This document shows, in pieces, positions 24,641 through 37,690 of a DNA stretch of 61,761 nt (its first letter is position 1; the number at the start of each line of letters is the position of its first letter). The stretch spans positions 53,672,929 through 53,734,689 of the forward strand of contig NC_068981.1 in assembly GCF_001194135.2 (NCBI RefSeq), in the 5' to 3' direction. The stretch is from Octopus bimaculoides. Taxonomy: Eukaryota. The notes under the pieces were generated by a model, which searched no databases, had not been told where the DNA came from, and worked only from the letters and a program-made list of their open reading frames with translations. The translations under genes and the position numbers were made by a program.

Positions 24641-25254
24641 AAACAACAAAATTTGTTTCACTGTCAAGCTGTTCTCATTTTATCTCTTCCATTGCTCTAT
24701 TTGTCCCTGAATCTCTGAACTTAACTGCATGCCTCCAACAAAATCAATGTGATATATGTATACTTTCTCTCCCTCTAACACAATTGTATCTTTCTACCTG
24801 ACATCATATTAAATATTTAGTTGAATCCTTCTTCTCTGGGCTCATAGCTGTTTGGAGTTCCATTTCTGTCTTTATCTTTCCCTTAAGTTCTAACTTGAAC
24901 AAAATGAAAATAAAACTATCGTTATATTAATCTTAACTAACTATTTGTATTTCTTACAACTGATTAACTGATTTGGAAGCTTTCTAACAGCTTTCCTACT
25001 TGAGAATAGTGACAACAACATCTAACATTTCAACTTTGAGCCAAAAAGACTGATCTTGTATAAAATGAGGGAGCCTTTTTAGTACCATGGACTATAGATA
25101 CATCAAAAACTGTGGTGGAGTGCATCAATGTTGAAAAGTATAATGAATGATTCTTTAGTTTTGCAATTCATAAATATGCAACTTATATTAAATTACTGTT
25201 TTGATCCTAAGACTTAAACTGTTTTCTCATACGGCTTTTTAGAGACTTTTATTA

Positions 25255-25750
25255 TCATCATCATGGCCATTATCATTTAATGTTTGTTTTCCATGCTGGC
25301 CCAGGCTGGACAGTTCAATAGGAGCTGGCAAGCCAGAGGACTGTGCTAAACTCCAATGTCTGCTTTGGCATGATTTCTACAGCTAGATGCCCCTTCCTAA
25401 TGCCATCCACTTTACAGTGTACTGGGTGCATTATATATGGCACCAGTGAGGTCACCAAGTAACTCACAAGAGAAGACCTTTTGACTGAGTGAGATAGCTT
25501 TATTCCAGGGTGATGAAAAGTTAAAGTATGATAGGGGGACAGGAACAGGTGTCCAGCTCAGAGGAGGTACATGGTTACCCTCATAGGAAAAGAAAGCAGA
25601 TGGTGGTGAAGGTGTATTAAAGAGCATCCTCAAGTTTCAGGAAGGTAAAATGTAAGGGAAATGGTATGGATAGGTAAGTTTGCAAATGTGAATGGATAGA
25701 GATGGAGAAAGAGGGAAATGCTTTGAGTGGTGAACACAGATGGGGGCATG
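25255..25750 (-). mobile_element. RTE-tail repeat, second variant
   Basis: catcatcat..ttttccatgctggc..gtgaggtcaccaagtaactcacaag followed by a GA-rich body. Confidence 0.7.
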
Positions 25751-25755
25751 ATTAG

Positions 25756-25976
25756 CCCTTTAGCACTCAGATTATTTTGTCAAATGTAATGCTTATTTAT
25801 TCATATTGTTTTGAATTAATCATGTATTATCTTGTGACTTAAAGATTTTTATGATGTGATTGTTTATTTTTAGAATGACATTGTAATGTAGGTATGAAAG
25901 GCCAGATCTGGCCAGTTTGAACATAAAAGAAGGTAGAATACTTGGGCCAGCTGTAGTCAGTTTAAATACTAAACAG
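25756..25976 (+). mobile_element. piggyBac-type MITE
   Basis: ttag|CCCTTTAGCACT ... AATACTAAACAG|TTAA; about 220 bp. Confidence 0.75.
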
Positions 25977-26429
25977 TTAAGTGTGAATATCGTTGAATGA
26001 AAACGTAGCAGGAGTAGGTGCCAAGGAGGTAATAGGTGGCAGCAAAGATGATGTGAAGTGAGAGAGAGAGGCACAGTGCCAGGGACTAAGTCAGTGGTAC
26101 ATAAGGGTGGAAATAGTGGGAGATAAATAGAGGTAATGGGAGAAGGCAGAACGGGGCATGTGTGCAGGGGAAAGAGGCATTCATGAAAAAATGAGATAGT
26201 AAGGGATGATATTGAGAATGTGTGAGACAAAGGAAGTGGTTTCAGGGAGGATGAGAAATAGAGAGTGAAATATGTGCAGTTCCACTCTTGTAATTATTGC
26301 AGCTGAGTGGAGTGAGTAGTACCATAGTCAGAATAGTGATGGAGGGATGGGTTAAAATGAGTTGTGGGAGGGGTGGATGTTAGAAAAAATGAGTTAATTT
26401 CAAATTTGAATGTGAGCTTAATTTTGCCT

Positions 26430-26670
26430 ACAGGCAAGGTGTTCTTGACTCCCTGTTCTAGGTGGTTGCTCAACCTGCAGGAAATAGCAACTGAATCTTC
26501 CTGAAATTACCCCTTACTGTCTTTAAAAAAAGAAAAAAAGTACAGAGGATAATATAGTCTAAAGTACATTTATGTCTAGAAAAAAGAAAAAAAACTACAC
26601 AGTGATGTCTGAAAAGCCTTTGGCCATAGGTCTGCTTGATTAGGCCTAACTCAGGCTATAAAGCAACAAA
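26430..26670 (+). mobile_element. SINE-like family D (other copies about 37130-37345 minus, 40860-41030 plus, 52915-53100 minus)
   Basis: shared ggttgctcaacctgc.gaaatagca.c..aatct.cc..aaat.acacc.tac.gtctt..aaaaa and gaatgcctttg.tcatag.tctgct blocks. Confidence 0.6.
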
Positions 26671-26922
26671 GCTACAGAGTATTTCAAGTCAATTATCTAC
26701 AAGAATCATAAATGCAATTTGGTTGTAGCTATACAATAGCTGTTTCCTCCACTTAGGAAAAATAAAAATCTCTTCTTTTATAAACCTTATACGTCTATTT
26801 ACTTTTAACTCAGTGGCAACTGGTTTTATACTCGGCCTCAAAATTATTACAGTGGTACTATATAAAACTGGACTAAGGTTGTTGAGAAGAATTGTGTTAT
26901 CTTTATTTCTATGTTCATACCA

Positions 26923-27131
26923 CACAGGGGGTGCTGAAAAATTCCTGGTTTTGAGTAAAAGGAAAAAATACAGGAGGATCAGTTAATTATGGTTGTATTC
27001 AACATATTCCCCTCTCAGATTCACACAAATTGCAGCAGTCCTTCAGTTTTCCTAAGAACTCAGAAGACTGGACCTTCAACCAGGCCTTTCACGATACCCT
27101 TAAAACCAGAAATTTTTCAGCACCCCCTCAG
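26923..27131. mobile_element. mariner-derived MITE, about 205 bp, about 190 bp upstream of an NLE1 exon
   Basis: TIRs AGGGGGTGCTGAAAAATTCCTGGTTTT / AAAACCAGAAATTTTTCAGCACCCCCT. Confidence 0.85.
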
Positions 27132-27320
27132 CATCACCATACAACCTGTACTAGTTATCTTACACATATTATCTCCATCACAGGCATACATAAACATTTA
27201 CTCATACATGCATACACAGAATGAAATGGGTGGTTGTATTACATCGTTTTAAATTGCCTAAAAATGTATATTTAATAAAACAGAATTATTAGTAAAATAT
27301 ATTTATTTCAACTTTTCAAG

Positions 27321-27456
27321 GGTTCTTTAAAAAGGACATTACAAGGACATGGACATTGGGTAAATACCATGGCTCTGAGTACAGATTATGTGATGCGTAC
27401 TTCGGCATTTGATCCCAGAAATGCAGATGTTGTTTACAGAGATGTCACTGAATCAG
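27321..27456 (+). CDS. NLE1: NLE1 exon (WD5 start) after a 15.2-kb intron
   Basis: ttttcaAG acceptor, G|GTATGC donor; GSLKRTLQGHGHWVNTMALSTDYVMRTSAFDPRNADVVYRDVTES. Confidence 0.96.
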
Positions 27457-28439
27457 GTATGCTACTTCTGTTGTCTTTCTTTTCTTTTTACTCTTTAGTT
27501 TTGTAATTAATTTTTCAGTATCAACTCAGAATCCATGAACAAGAGCTAACTGCATGTTGAAAAATTCTATTTTCTTCTCCAATTTCTCATTCATCCGTAT
27601 GCCAATACCACTGTCTTTATTTACAGCTGCTCTCTCTTCCAACTTAACTTACAGAGCTGCAGAATGCCATTGTTATAGGTTCTAAAGATTAAAATGTCAA
27701 ACTGACTGAGATAAACTCCTGTGTTTAATTCAAACTATTTTTCTTGGTGCCGGTTCAGTAGAGATGTAAATGTCAAAGACAAGAAGAACAAACACTGTTG
27801 GTTTTAACTTTACCAATGACACTAACACCTCAATTCTAAACAACAGTTTATTGATTTTTTTGTTTGTTTTTCTTTTTTCATTTTTAAAGTTGATATAGTA
27901 AGAGAGAAGACATCACTCAAATGCAGTGTTTCTTAACCATTTTCTTTCCTATTTTTACCCCACTTCACTAATTTATTATCCTGTTCTTTTTACACACGCA
28001 CACACAAATATAAGGTAAAGTAGTCTTGTATATAAGACTACTTAATTATTGCATAATATTAACAGCTTTGTATTAATGTATCATTAGCATCCTTAAAGCA
28101 TTCTTAAAAATGAACATTAAGAGAAACAAATCCCACTATAACATTGCAAATAATAGGATTTTACTCAACCAAAGAGCAATTTCCCTACTAAAATCTATGA
28201 ATTCCCTCCTTGAAATTGTGAAATTTCTCTCCAAGGAAAAATTTCCCTTAAATTAACATGTTTGGTTCTAGTGCAAAAGATCTTTTATGTGTGTGATGGT
28301 GGTAGTGGGGTGGGCAGAGGATGTGTTGTTGATGTGTGTGCTTAGTTGAGATGTGTCTTTGATACAGACTTAAACTGAAGAAAAGGAAAGCATTTGATAA
28401 AAAAAAAATTATTTACGTATCTATTCATTCTCTATATGT

Positions 28440-28589
28440 TCTGGTGGATTTGAACATGAATATGCTGATCACTGTTGTTTTTCATCATTGGAGGATGGCT
28501 ATTCATCACATCTGTCATCACTTAAAGGAAGATGTTTTCCAATGACAAAAATCAACAGCCATCAGATGTTCATGTTTTGAATCTGCCAG
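28440..28589. mobile_element. small degenerate MITE, about 150 bp, about 30-bp imperfect TIRs
   Basis: tctggtggatttgaacatgaatatgctgat versus atcagatgttcatgttttgaatctgccaga. Confidence 0.55.
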
Positions 28590-29519
28590 AATGTTATGAG
28601 AATGAATAGATGCACCTCAAGAATTATTAAGAAGTTATGAATTGTTGAGAAAATGATTAAGATCTATAATTAATATTTTTCCTTTTCTTAACTCAAGAGA
28701 AAGTCACTGTCTTTGGTATATGAACTTGGGATTTAGAAGCATGAGGTTCTAGATACCATTAACAATTTCATGTAGATAGATCTCTCTCATACTTCAGCAT
28801 TTAACTCCTGCTTTTTTTTTTCAAAACTATTTTGCTTTGACACATGGCCTTTGGCAGATATGTAGTATAGTTGATTGTGTTAACTCAGATATATAACTGG
28901 TACTTAATTTGTTGATCATGAAAGGATGAACATCAAAAGGAAACCCTACAAACATTGAAACTAAGAATGTTGACCCAAATTTGCTGCCTGTGTCGAGAAT
29001 CATATGGAGTATACATCTGCACAATTCATTAATGATAATATAGAAGTTGAAGAATAAACACAAATAGATTTTCTACACTGAATTATAATTTAACATGAAA
29101 TTATTTTTGGGAAGTCCTGATAACCGAACAAATAATGTTTACTTCATGTCAGCTTATATCCTAACTAAGAGAGAGCATTTATCTACATCTTATAAAGCCA
29201 ACTGTAGGTACTGGGTCACTTATTCTGCATGCTAGTTGACCAGTTACTTCAACAGATCCTGTTTACAGAGACAGTGTTTAACTGTGCAAAGTATCATAAC
29301 AAGCAGGTAACAAGCTAACTATAAAGCATTATAACTATGTTAGCCTTTGATGTGTTTGTGTTTTTTTTAGCTTACTGGCAACTCTGTGTTCATGTCTCCT
29401 CCATAACACTGATTCTGCCTCTTAATATCTTTCTTCTGTTTTCTTGATGATGTTTAGAACCATGATGGCTGAGATCTGGTATTCATAATTGGTAAAAAAT
29501 GTTTTATTTCCATTTCTAG

Positions 29520-29566
29520 CTGAAGAGCTTGCCAAGAAAGCTTTAGAGAGATACAAGTCTGTTAAG
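29520..29566 (+). CDS. NLE1: NLE1 47-nt exon (WD5 insertion helix), last exon found in window
   Basis: tttctAG acceptor, AAG|GTAATG donor; (A)EELAKKALERYKSVK resembles the NLE1 ALxRY motif; phase 1 in matches previous exon. Confidence 0.9.
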
Positions 29567-29889
29567 GTAATGATCGTTTATTTCATTTGCATCCTGTGAT
29601 TTTGCTGCACTTCTTGTGTGTCGATAGTTTGCACTGGTTACACCATATGGAATTTGCCATTACATCTTTTCTATATATCAAGCAGAGCTATTTTCATGAT
29701 GGGAGTAGAGTACTGTGTGTTTTCCTGCTTACTAGAACTTTGATCTTTAAGCCCATTGATCCCAGACTTTGCTTTTACACCTGGACAAGGTCATCAACAT
29801 ATAACAGTTCTCAAAGGCACTTAGTCTTAAACCCCTATTTTATAGCAGCCTGGAGAATCATGATAAGTAGGAGGAGATTGAGAACTGAG

Positions 29890-30240
29890 CCCTGGTGAAC
29901 TATCTGCACACTAAATTCATTGCTGTACTCTCATCTTACAGACAGCACTCTTGTCAAGCCATTCATGTACTCTTAACTTACTCAGCAACCATGTCAGAGA
30001 GCAAAGGATCTTGTCAAAGGTTTTCTCCAGGTTGATAAATGTCAAGTGCAATGGCTTACTTTTAGCCAAATACTTCTCCTGGAGTTGCCTTACTAGAAAG
30101 AGTGTAATCTGTTGTACTTCTCCCTGGCATAAAACCAAACTGCATATCATCTAGGCTGATTCTCTTCCTAATTAGTTGAGCTATAACTCTTTCTGTAATT
30201 TCATGACCTGATCCAACAATTTGATACCCTTGAAATTAGT
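29890..30240 (-). mobile_element. RTE LINE RT fragment
   Basis: LFLVRQLQEKYLAKSKPLHLTFINLEKTFDK. Confidence 0.88.
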
Positions 30241-30717
30241 TCTCTCTAAGGAAGTGTGTGTGTGTGTGTGTCTGTCTGTATAATTATTTTGGTTTGCTAT
30301 TCTTACTATGACTTACGTAAGTTTATTTCTATTCACCAGTGGATGTGAAATATTTAAACATGTAGATATAAATAACATATTGCTTACAATATGTCACTTC
30401 TAACATAAAGCAGGGTTAATATTAAGGGCAGTGGATTACCAGAATCATTAGAATGTCGAATGAAATGCTTTGCTGTATTTAGTTATAGCTCATTATGTTT
30501 TGAGTCCAAATCCCAACAAAATCACTTTCGCCTTTCATCATTCAAGGTTTCGTAAAATCAAATAGTAAAGTTCTGGGGAGAATTCAGTCAACTATACCAT
30601 CTCCCAAAATGTGTGGTGTTATGCCAATATTAACCATTTTGAAATACACTGATCTTATATCATTTAATTTTGGCAAAAAACAAAGAATTTAGTAAAATAA
30701 GTGTTATTATTAAGCTG

Positions 30718-31180
30718 GTGTCAGGTGGCAAGCTGACAGAATCATTAGCACTCCAGGCAAAATGCTTAGTGGCATTTCATCCATCCTTACATTCTGAGTT
30801 CAAATTCCGCTGGAGTCAACTTTGCTTTTCATCCTTTTGGAGTCAATGAAATAACTACCAGTTACACACTGGGTTTGATGTAATCGACTAGCCGCTTCCC
30901 CCACAATTTCAGGCCTTGTGCCTATAGTAGAAAAGATTATTAAGCAGGCATGCAGTGCCACATAAAAGTACCCGTGCACCACAACATAAAAGCACCATGT
31001 GATGGTATGTGAGAGCATCCAGCACACTCTGTAAAATGGTTAGCATTAGGAAGGGCATCCATCTGTAGAAGCCATGCCAAATCAGACTGGAGTCTGGTGC
31101 AGCTTCCCAGCTTGCCAGCTCTAGTCAAACTGTCTAACCCATGCCAGCATGGACAACAGGCATTAAATGATGATGATTGG
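30718..31180 (+). mobile_element. SINE family A (about 30718-30945) directly followed by an RTE 3' tail (about 30945-31180)
   Basis: ggtggcaagctgacagaatcattagcac..gagttcaaattcc, then ccaacccatgccagcatggac..aatgatgatgat. Confidence 0.8.
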
Positions 31181-31849
31181 AACATAATACAACACAAAAT
31201 TTTAATGGAAGACTTTATCATACAAACCATGGGTGGTCTAAGGTAGGTTTATATTCTTAATAAAAAATAAAATAAAGAAACCAGCAAATCATAAAACTGA
31301 GTATATGTATATCTGTGTACATGCATACACACACATACACACACAACCATTTTAATTCTAACATCTAACATATGCTATATCATTCATTCCAGGTGCTAAA
31401 AGTACAGGAGCATACCTAGCAAATTAATTTCAATAAGACTGAAGTTTGCTAAAATACAATATTATTTGTACTAGGATAGAAGCTTCATAGAAAATGGAAT
31501 ATTTATAGATGATTCTTTCAATTTGATTCACATAAAGGTTTTCCACTTCATTCAAAATCACTGAACCAAAAAACCCAGCTACATTCTAACACTCCAACAG
31601 TGGCAGTAGTAATAACTATCAGATTTATAGAAGCATAGCTTTCAAAGAAATCAAATGTACTTTCAAAGGCTTCCTTATATATGTGGCTTGTGTATGACTG
31701 TCTGACTGTTTGGAAGGTGAATATAAATATATTGTGTGTGTGTGTAAATAGAAAATATATATATACATATGGACTCTCTAAATAAGTATTTAAATATGTT
31801 GTTACCTCTGTATGTATGTGTGTGTGCGTGCGTGTGTGTGTATGTATAT

Positions 31850-31903
31850 ATGCTAGCATGGAAAGCGGACATTAAACGATGATGATGATGATATATATAT
31901 ATA

Positions 31904-31957
<54 letters not shown>

Positions 31958-31967
31958 NNNNNNNNNN

Positions 31968-32019
<52 letters not shown>
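31850..32019. repeat. RTE tail remnant plus (TA)n/(TG)n compound microsatellite with 10-N gap at 31958-31967
   Basis: direct reading. Confidence 0.9.
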
Positions 32020-32022
<3 letters not shown>

Positions 32023-32183
32023 CAAAGAGAGTTAGAGGTTGTGAATCCAACCAGATAAGGGATAGTATCTATCCAAGATACTTCTGGTAGAATAATTAAT
32101 ACACAAGTGCTGGTTATTGTGTAGCAATTACACTACTGAGTATAATAATTAGGTGAGGGTAATAAGTGGTTTTACCCTTCATT

Positions 32184-32436
32184 TATATGGCAAGAAGAAA
32201 ATGGAGGGAATCCAGAGGTAGTATACGTCTATTTATTTATTTTAAACAGTTCAGATAATATATGTAAATACATGTGTAAAGTACTAGTAACTTCTAAAAT
32301 AGAGAAAGAAGAAATTACTAGTACTTTACACTTGTACTTATATATATTATCTGAACTGTTTAAAATAAATAAATAGACATAATATAATGTCTAACACCTG
32401 ATGAATACTACCTCTGGATTCCCTCCATTTTCTTCT

Positions 32437-32445
<9 letters not shown>
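32184..32445. repeat. foldback, arms about 32184-32295 / 32310-32445, part of an element between (TA)n tracts
   Basis: tatatggcaagaagaaaatggagggaatccagaggtagtat pairs perfectly with 32405-32445; inner arms pair with few mismatches; about 25-nt bulge in the right arm. Confidence 0.92.
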
Positions 32446-32493
<48 letters not shown>

Positions 32494-33419
32494 TACATAC
32501 ATACATACATACATACATACATAGTGTGAATATATGATATGCTTGTATAGGTGTGTATTTGCATGCATATGTAAATGCGTATGAGAGAAAAAATACTTTT
32601 ATTTGAAATTTATGCTGTTTGTAATGTCTAGCCATCTTTTTATTTTTCTAGTTCATTTTTCCTCATTTAATGGCTTCGTAAACTTGTGTCACACATACAT
32701 TTATTGCTACAAAATCTGATGTATTCATACTTTTTGTGCCTCTTCATTGTTTCCTTTTTTCTGGTGCATGACAAAGCTTGAACACCTTGCATCCTCAAGC
32801 AGTGGACCTTTTCTTTTTAATGGTCAGAACATCATATATGTGTCTGCAAGAGTTTCCTCACTTGTAATGATATGTGGAAGGTGTGATATAAACAAAAGTT
32901 GTACTTCTCTGGTTGCTCTTACAGCCAACCCTCTGCTCAAGTGCTATTGCTGAACAGGAGGTGGAGTCTTAGTCTTGTCATACTGATGTATGTCTTCATC
33001 ATTGTGAGACTCATGAGAAAGAGGCAAAAAAACATAAAAGATGGTCATACATAATAGTGTGTTATCACTCTCTCTCTCATCTTTCCCCTGTCTATTATAT
33101 CATATCATCATCGATCACCTCACCACCCCATATCCACTATCCACTACATCCATTCTGCAACCCTATCAAACCTCTACAGTTGTCACCTACTCTTTCCTAC
33201 CTCCCTTACTTATCATCCTCTCAATGCTTGTTTTTCATTCATTATATTCACTGCTCCACCCATTCTCCATCTCTCACTCTCCCATACACTTTTGAAGGTT
33301 CCACCTGTCATACTTTCAGTTCGTCCCCCATTCACTTCTACACACCTACCTTGAAGGTTCATGCAGATGCTTCATCACCACCATTTTTATCTCCTCCTCA
33401 CTCCACCCAGATCACTCCC

Positions 33420-33620
33420 TTCCCCCTCTTCTAAAATGTGGCTCCTCTACAGCAAGAAACCTGCTCTGTCCTGGCCCCATCTCTCATACTTTAAAACCTT
33501 CTCGCAGCATAAAGCCAATTCTCTCAGTGTTTGTAGTCTTGCAAGCTGCATGGCAACCTCACTGGTGCTGGACATAAAAAATGCATTAGCTGGATGATTT
33601 GAAAGAATTCATCAAGTTGA
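33420..33620 (+). mobile_element. CR1/L2-like LINE remnant (similar remnants about 35400-35700 and 46190-46510)
   Basis: FCLFYHYDKGLCSSELASYVP..SFFPRISTLW at 46258-46500 matches the CR1-type RT C-terminal motif; weaker versions here and at 35560. Confidence 0.5.
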
Positions 33621-35161
33621 AGGAACCATATCTCACTTAAATATCTCAATTTTGTCATGGTTTCTATAGTTGGATGACCTTTCAAGCACCACCGCTCTAC
33701 AGAGTATACTGGGTGCACTTTTTCATGGCACCAGTACTATAGAAGTTGTTTTGCGCTCAGGAAGACTAAAACATTCTTTGTAAATTGCAAGACTGACCGC
33801 TCTCCTCCCAAAATTTCTAAAAGAGAGAATAGAAGTGAGAGTGATGACTTTAGCTGAGGCATTTAAGAGAAGTTAAAGTATGATAGAAGGAACAACTTTA
33901 TTGTTGTGAGAGTGTGTAAATGGAGAGAGTAATGAAGAAAATTATATATGTGTACGCATATATACATATGAACATAAGCACTCATATATATATGTGCACA
34001 CACATTCACACACATAATATATACAGATATTATTAGCATGTCATTTTGACATATATGTGTGTATGTGTGTATATAATATAGGTGTCATATTAAATATGAC
34101 ATTAAATATAGATTCAGTGAAAATTTCTATTTGCGTAATTGCCAAACGTACTTAGCAACCCTTAAATATATATATATATACTAATATACATTCACTCATA
34201 CACACTTCCCCCAGAAGAATATTGTGGGAAAAATCAAAACCATGTTATGAAACACCCACATTTAAATGAGCAGTCTACACATTTCCTCTCTTGCAAATAA
34301 TAGTATTTGTGAATACTCACTATAAACATGTGTATGATCATTATTGTTGTAGTATTAGTTTGTTTGTTTGTTTTTTACTTATTTATATATATTTTTATAT
34401 CCAGCAGACAATTTTTGCAAGTGGCTTAATGACTGTTGTTGATGGAATAAACCACTCCTAATATTTTAGTTTTATTTTTCTACTTGGTGGGATAGGGTAT
34501 AGTTTACTAGAGCACAATCTGAAACCTTAAAGAAAGGAGAAAGAAAGGAATACATTGTCATGCCACCTTGATCCCTAGGATGTTCATTGTTGTAAACAGA
34601 GAATGCTGGAGAGAAGATAATAGCCACATTATTAGTTGTAATTAGATTAGTTATGACTTAAGTACATTTAATGTCTTAAATTTTTTGGCAGAATAGAATT
34701 TTAAATAATATGGTATTGTATCTTTGCAAATTCTTTTTCTATCCCTTACAGGAAATTAACTTGTAAATTTATTTGCTGAGAATCTTTGTGTAATACTTTC
34801 AATAATTTTTACTGTGTGCCCACCTGTATATTGGATTTTGACTATTGCTCCATTTGGGGATTGGTATCTTTCTGTTAGGTCATATTATCGCAGTTTTTTC
34901 TCTGATCAACTTTCTATGAACTTTAGGTTGTTTTCTCATATTCTTTGTCATCTATTTTAACAATTTACTTGCTGCACAAATGATATTACTGTTCACTCTA
35001 CCTTAACCCTCCACACAAACATCATTCACAGGCAACCTAAACACATCACATTAAATTTGTTCTGCTTCCATGAACGGAGACTTTAAAAACATCCTGTAAT
35101 GGCACCATGTCAACCTTTTCTTTTTCATCAGGACAAAGACACACTCAACTGCACATTTTAA

Positions 35162-35381
35162 TCCTTTAGCATTCAGATTATTTTGTCAAATGTAAGGCTA
35201 AAATATTTACATCATTTTGAATTAATCATACATTATCTCATAGCTTTGAAATTTCAATGGTGTTATTGTTTATTTTGAGAATGACATTGTTGGGCAAGTG
35301 TGAGGTGTTGAATCTGGCCAGTTTAAATGTAAACGTGGCAGAATAATTTGACCGGAGAGGGCCGATTTAAGTGCTAAAAGG
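35162..35381 (+). mobile_element. piggyBac-type MITE with TTAA TSD
   Basis: TTAA|TCCTTTAGCATT ... AGTGCTAAAAGG|TTAA. Confidence 0.85.
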
Positions 35382-37504
35382 TTAAAAAAACAATCGTACT
35401 GGCATTTCTAATACTGGACAACTTGCAACTAAAACATCTAGGTTTTAATAACCTCACCATTCCCAATGGTTGCTCTATGAGATGCAGCTGCTAAACACAC
35501 AAAGCCCTTATCCAAAAGTTATTGGTTTAACTGATTAGTAGAGCCTCACTGAACAATAAACTAAGATGGCACTGATATACCATCTTATCTCTCTACATAT
35601 TCTTGGTCAACTGTAACAACCTCTGCTCTTCTGAGCAAGCTCATTGTATACCTGTAAGCAGGCTAACCTGACATACCTGTCTCTTGTTTTGTTCTTACTG
35701 TGTTTTACTTTTCTCCCTGTCATTCTACCTATAGCTATTCATTTTAAGTTTAATCATTAAGATTAGTAAATGAAAAATCCCTAATTTGAAAAACAGGGAA
35801 GGATTAGTGACAGGAAGAGTACTCTGCTGTAAAACAAGACCTCAATAATATATATTCATGCTAGCATAGAAAAACAGATGTAAAACAAACATGAACATAA
35901 TCTTTTTAAGATGTCAAACTTAAGACAGTAACAAACTTATAGGACATTGAGCAGCTCAGGTGTTGGTTCATAGCAATAAGACTTTCTTATATGAATAAAA
36001 AAACAGCATAGTCCAGTCAACTGAAAAATTGTTACATTAATGATGTTATTGAAATAATTTTACTTGATCATAAAGAATGCACTAAAGACCCAACACTTCA
36101 AGGAAATGTGAAATTGTTTGTGCTTTTCTTAGTGGCTTTGGTGTGTATGTGAATTATTTGTAATAGAAAATTGATGATAACCCTTTTTACTATAGGCACA
36201 AGTCCTAAAATCTGGGAGAAGGGGACTAGTCAATTACATCAACCCCAGTGCTTGACTGGTTTACATTTCTGCTTCTTCAATAATTATCACTTCAGGAAAT
36301 ACAGTAAAAGTTATGCTTTGTTGATGAGATCAGAATAATACTTAAATATATTCAGAGTTGCCTCCCATACTTGCTGGGAGAAAAATATTAATAATATTAG
36401 TCATTGATAAATATTTGTTCACTACATTGATAAATTTTTGGTATTTCTAATTAACTTTTTAATTCCTAATGCAATGTGAGCACTAATTTACCCATTGTTT
36501 TTTTATATGGATGGCATCTCTGGACTTCATAATTTTGACATTCAAAAGCTATATTAAAACAAGCATTAACTCAAGGAATTCTTTTGTTAGATTAGTGTTA
36601 TATAATCTTGCCTCTTGGCAACCATTACTTTGCTATCTCTTCGTGTTACTAGATATCAATGCTACTCTGCATGTCTTTTGATATTGTTAATAGACATGCT
36701 TTTGCAGTTGCATCTAGTTTCACAGAAACATTTAATATTGCTTTAATCAACACATGTGATGTCCACCTAAATACATGACATAGAAAGCATTCCGCTTGGT
36801 TCTGATCTTAATAGCAATCTTTTCTATCTTGAATTACATCAGGACAACAAAGAATAGTTGTACTTAAAGTAGAGGAAGAGTGAATTAAACAAAAAATAAT
36901 AATCATAATAATAATAATAATAATAATAATAACCAATATAAAGAAAAAAGAACCTGCAAGAAATAGGAATTCCAGTTTATTTTTTTCTTTCTTTCTTTCT
37001 CCTTACTCTTTTTAATTTTCTTTGAAATTTCCACTTGGATGAAGTTATGAGATACTTGTAAATGCAACTTGCAATTTTGAATTTAGGAAAAAAGTAATAC
37101 AACTACATTGTGTTGACTAAATAAATAAAGTTTTCAAGCACTATTGCTTTTTCAACTGTGACCAACTATTATCCAGCAGAACTATGATCAAAACCATTCC
37201 AATCACAATCAACATGTCTTTTAATGATTATATTGGATTACATTATCCGATGTATCCTTTTCTTTCCCAAAGCCATAGGGTGTGATTTTAAGGAGATTTG
37301 GCCATTATTTTCAGCAGCTCAAGTAACCACTTAGCTGCTTACTTGTCAACTCCTAGTGTTTAGTATTTTTTTGCTTTGTCACAGTGTAGTGACATTGATA
37401 GACTATAGGCCATTAATCCTTCAGCAGAGACTGTATTGCTGGTGCCTATAACTTTTAACTTCGGCTACATTTGACTTCAGAAACATGAGGCACCACCTAG
37501 ATAT

Positions 37505-37690
37505 CAATTTCAAATTTTGGCACAGGGCCAGCAAGTTCAGGGGAGGGTGTAAGTTGATTAGATCAACTTCAATGTTCAATGGGTACTCATTTTATTGACC
37601 CCGAAACGATAAAAGGCAGAGTTGACCCCAACAGAATTTGAACTCAGAATCTAAAGACAGATGAAATGCTGCTAAGCACTTTTGCCTAAC
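37505..37690 (-). mobile_element. SINE family A
   Basis: reverse complement of the consensus seen at 30718 and 39897. Confidence 0.75.

Noticed and set aside
32760-33020. Possible mariner remnant (HIITSEET resembling IITGDET) on the minus strand
   Set aside because: A single weak motif, no TIRs found
34400-34465. ccAG followed by QTIFASGLM as a possible WD exon
   Set aside because: Hits a stop within 20 codons with no donor; does not match the next expected NLE1 segment
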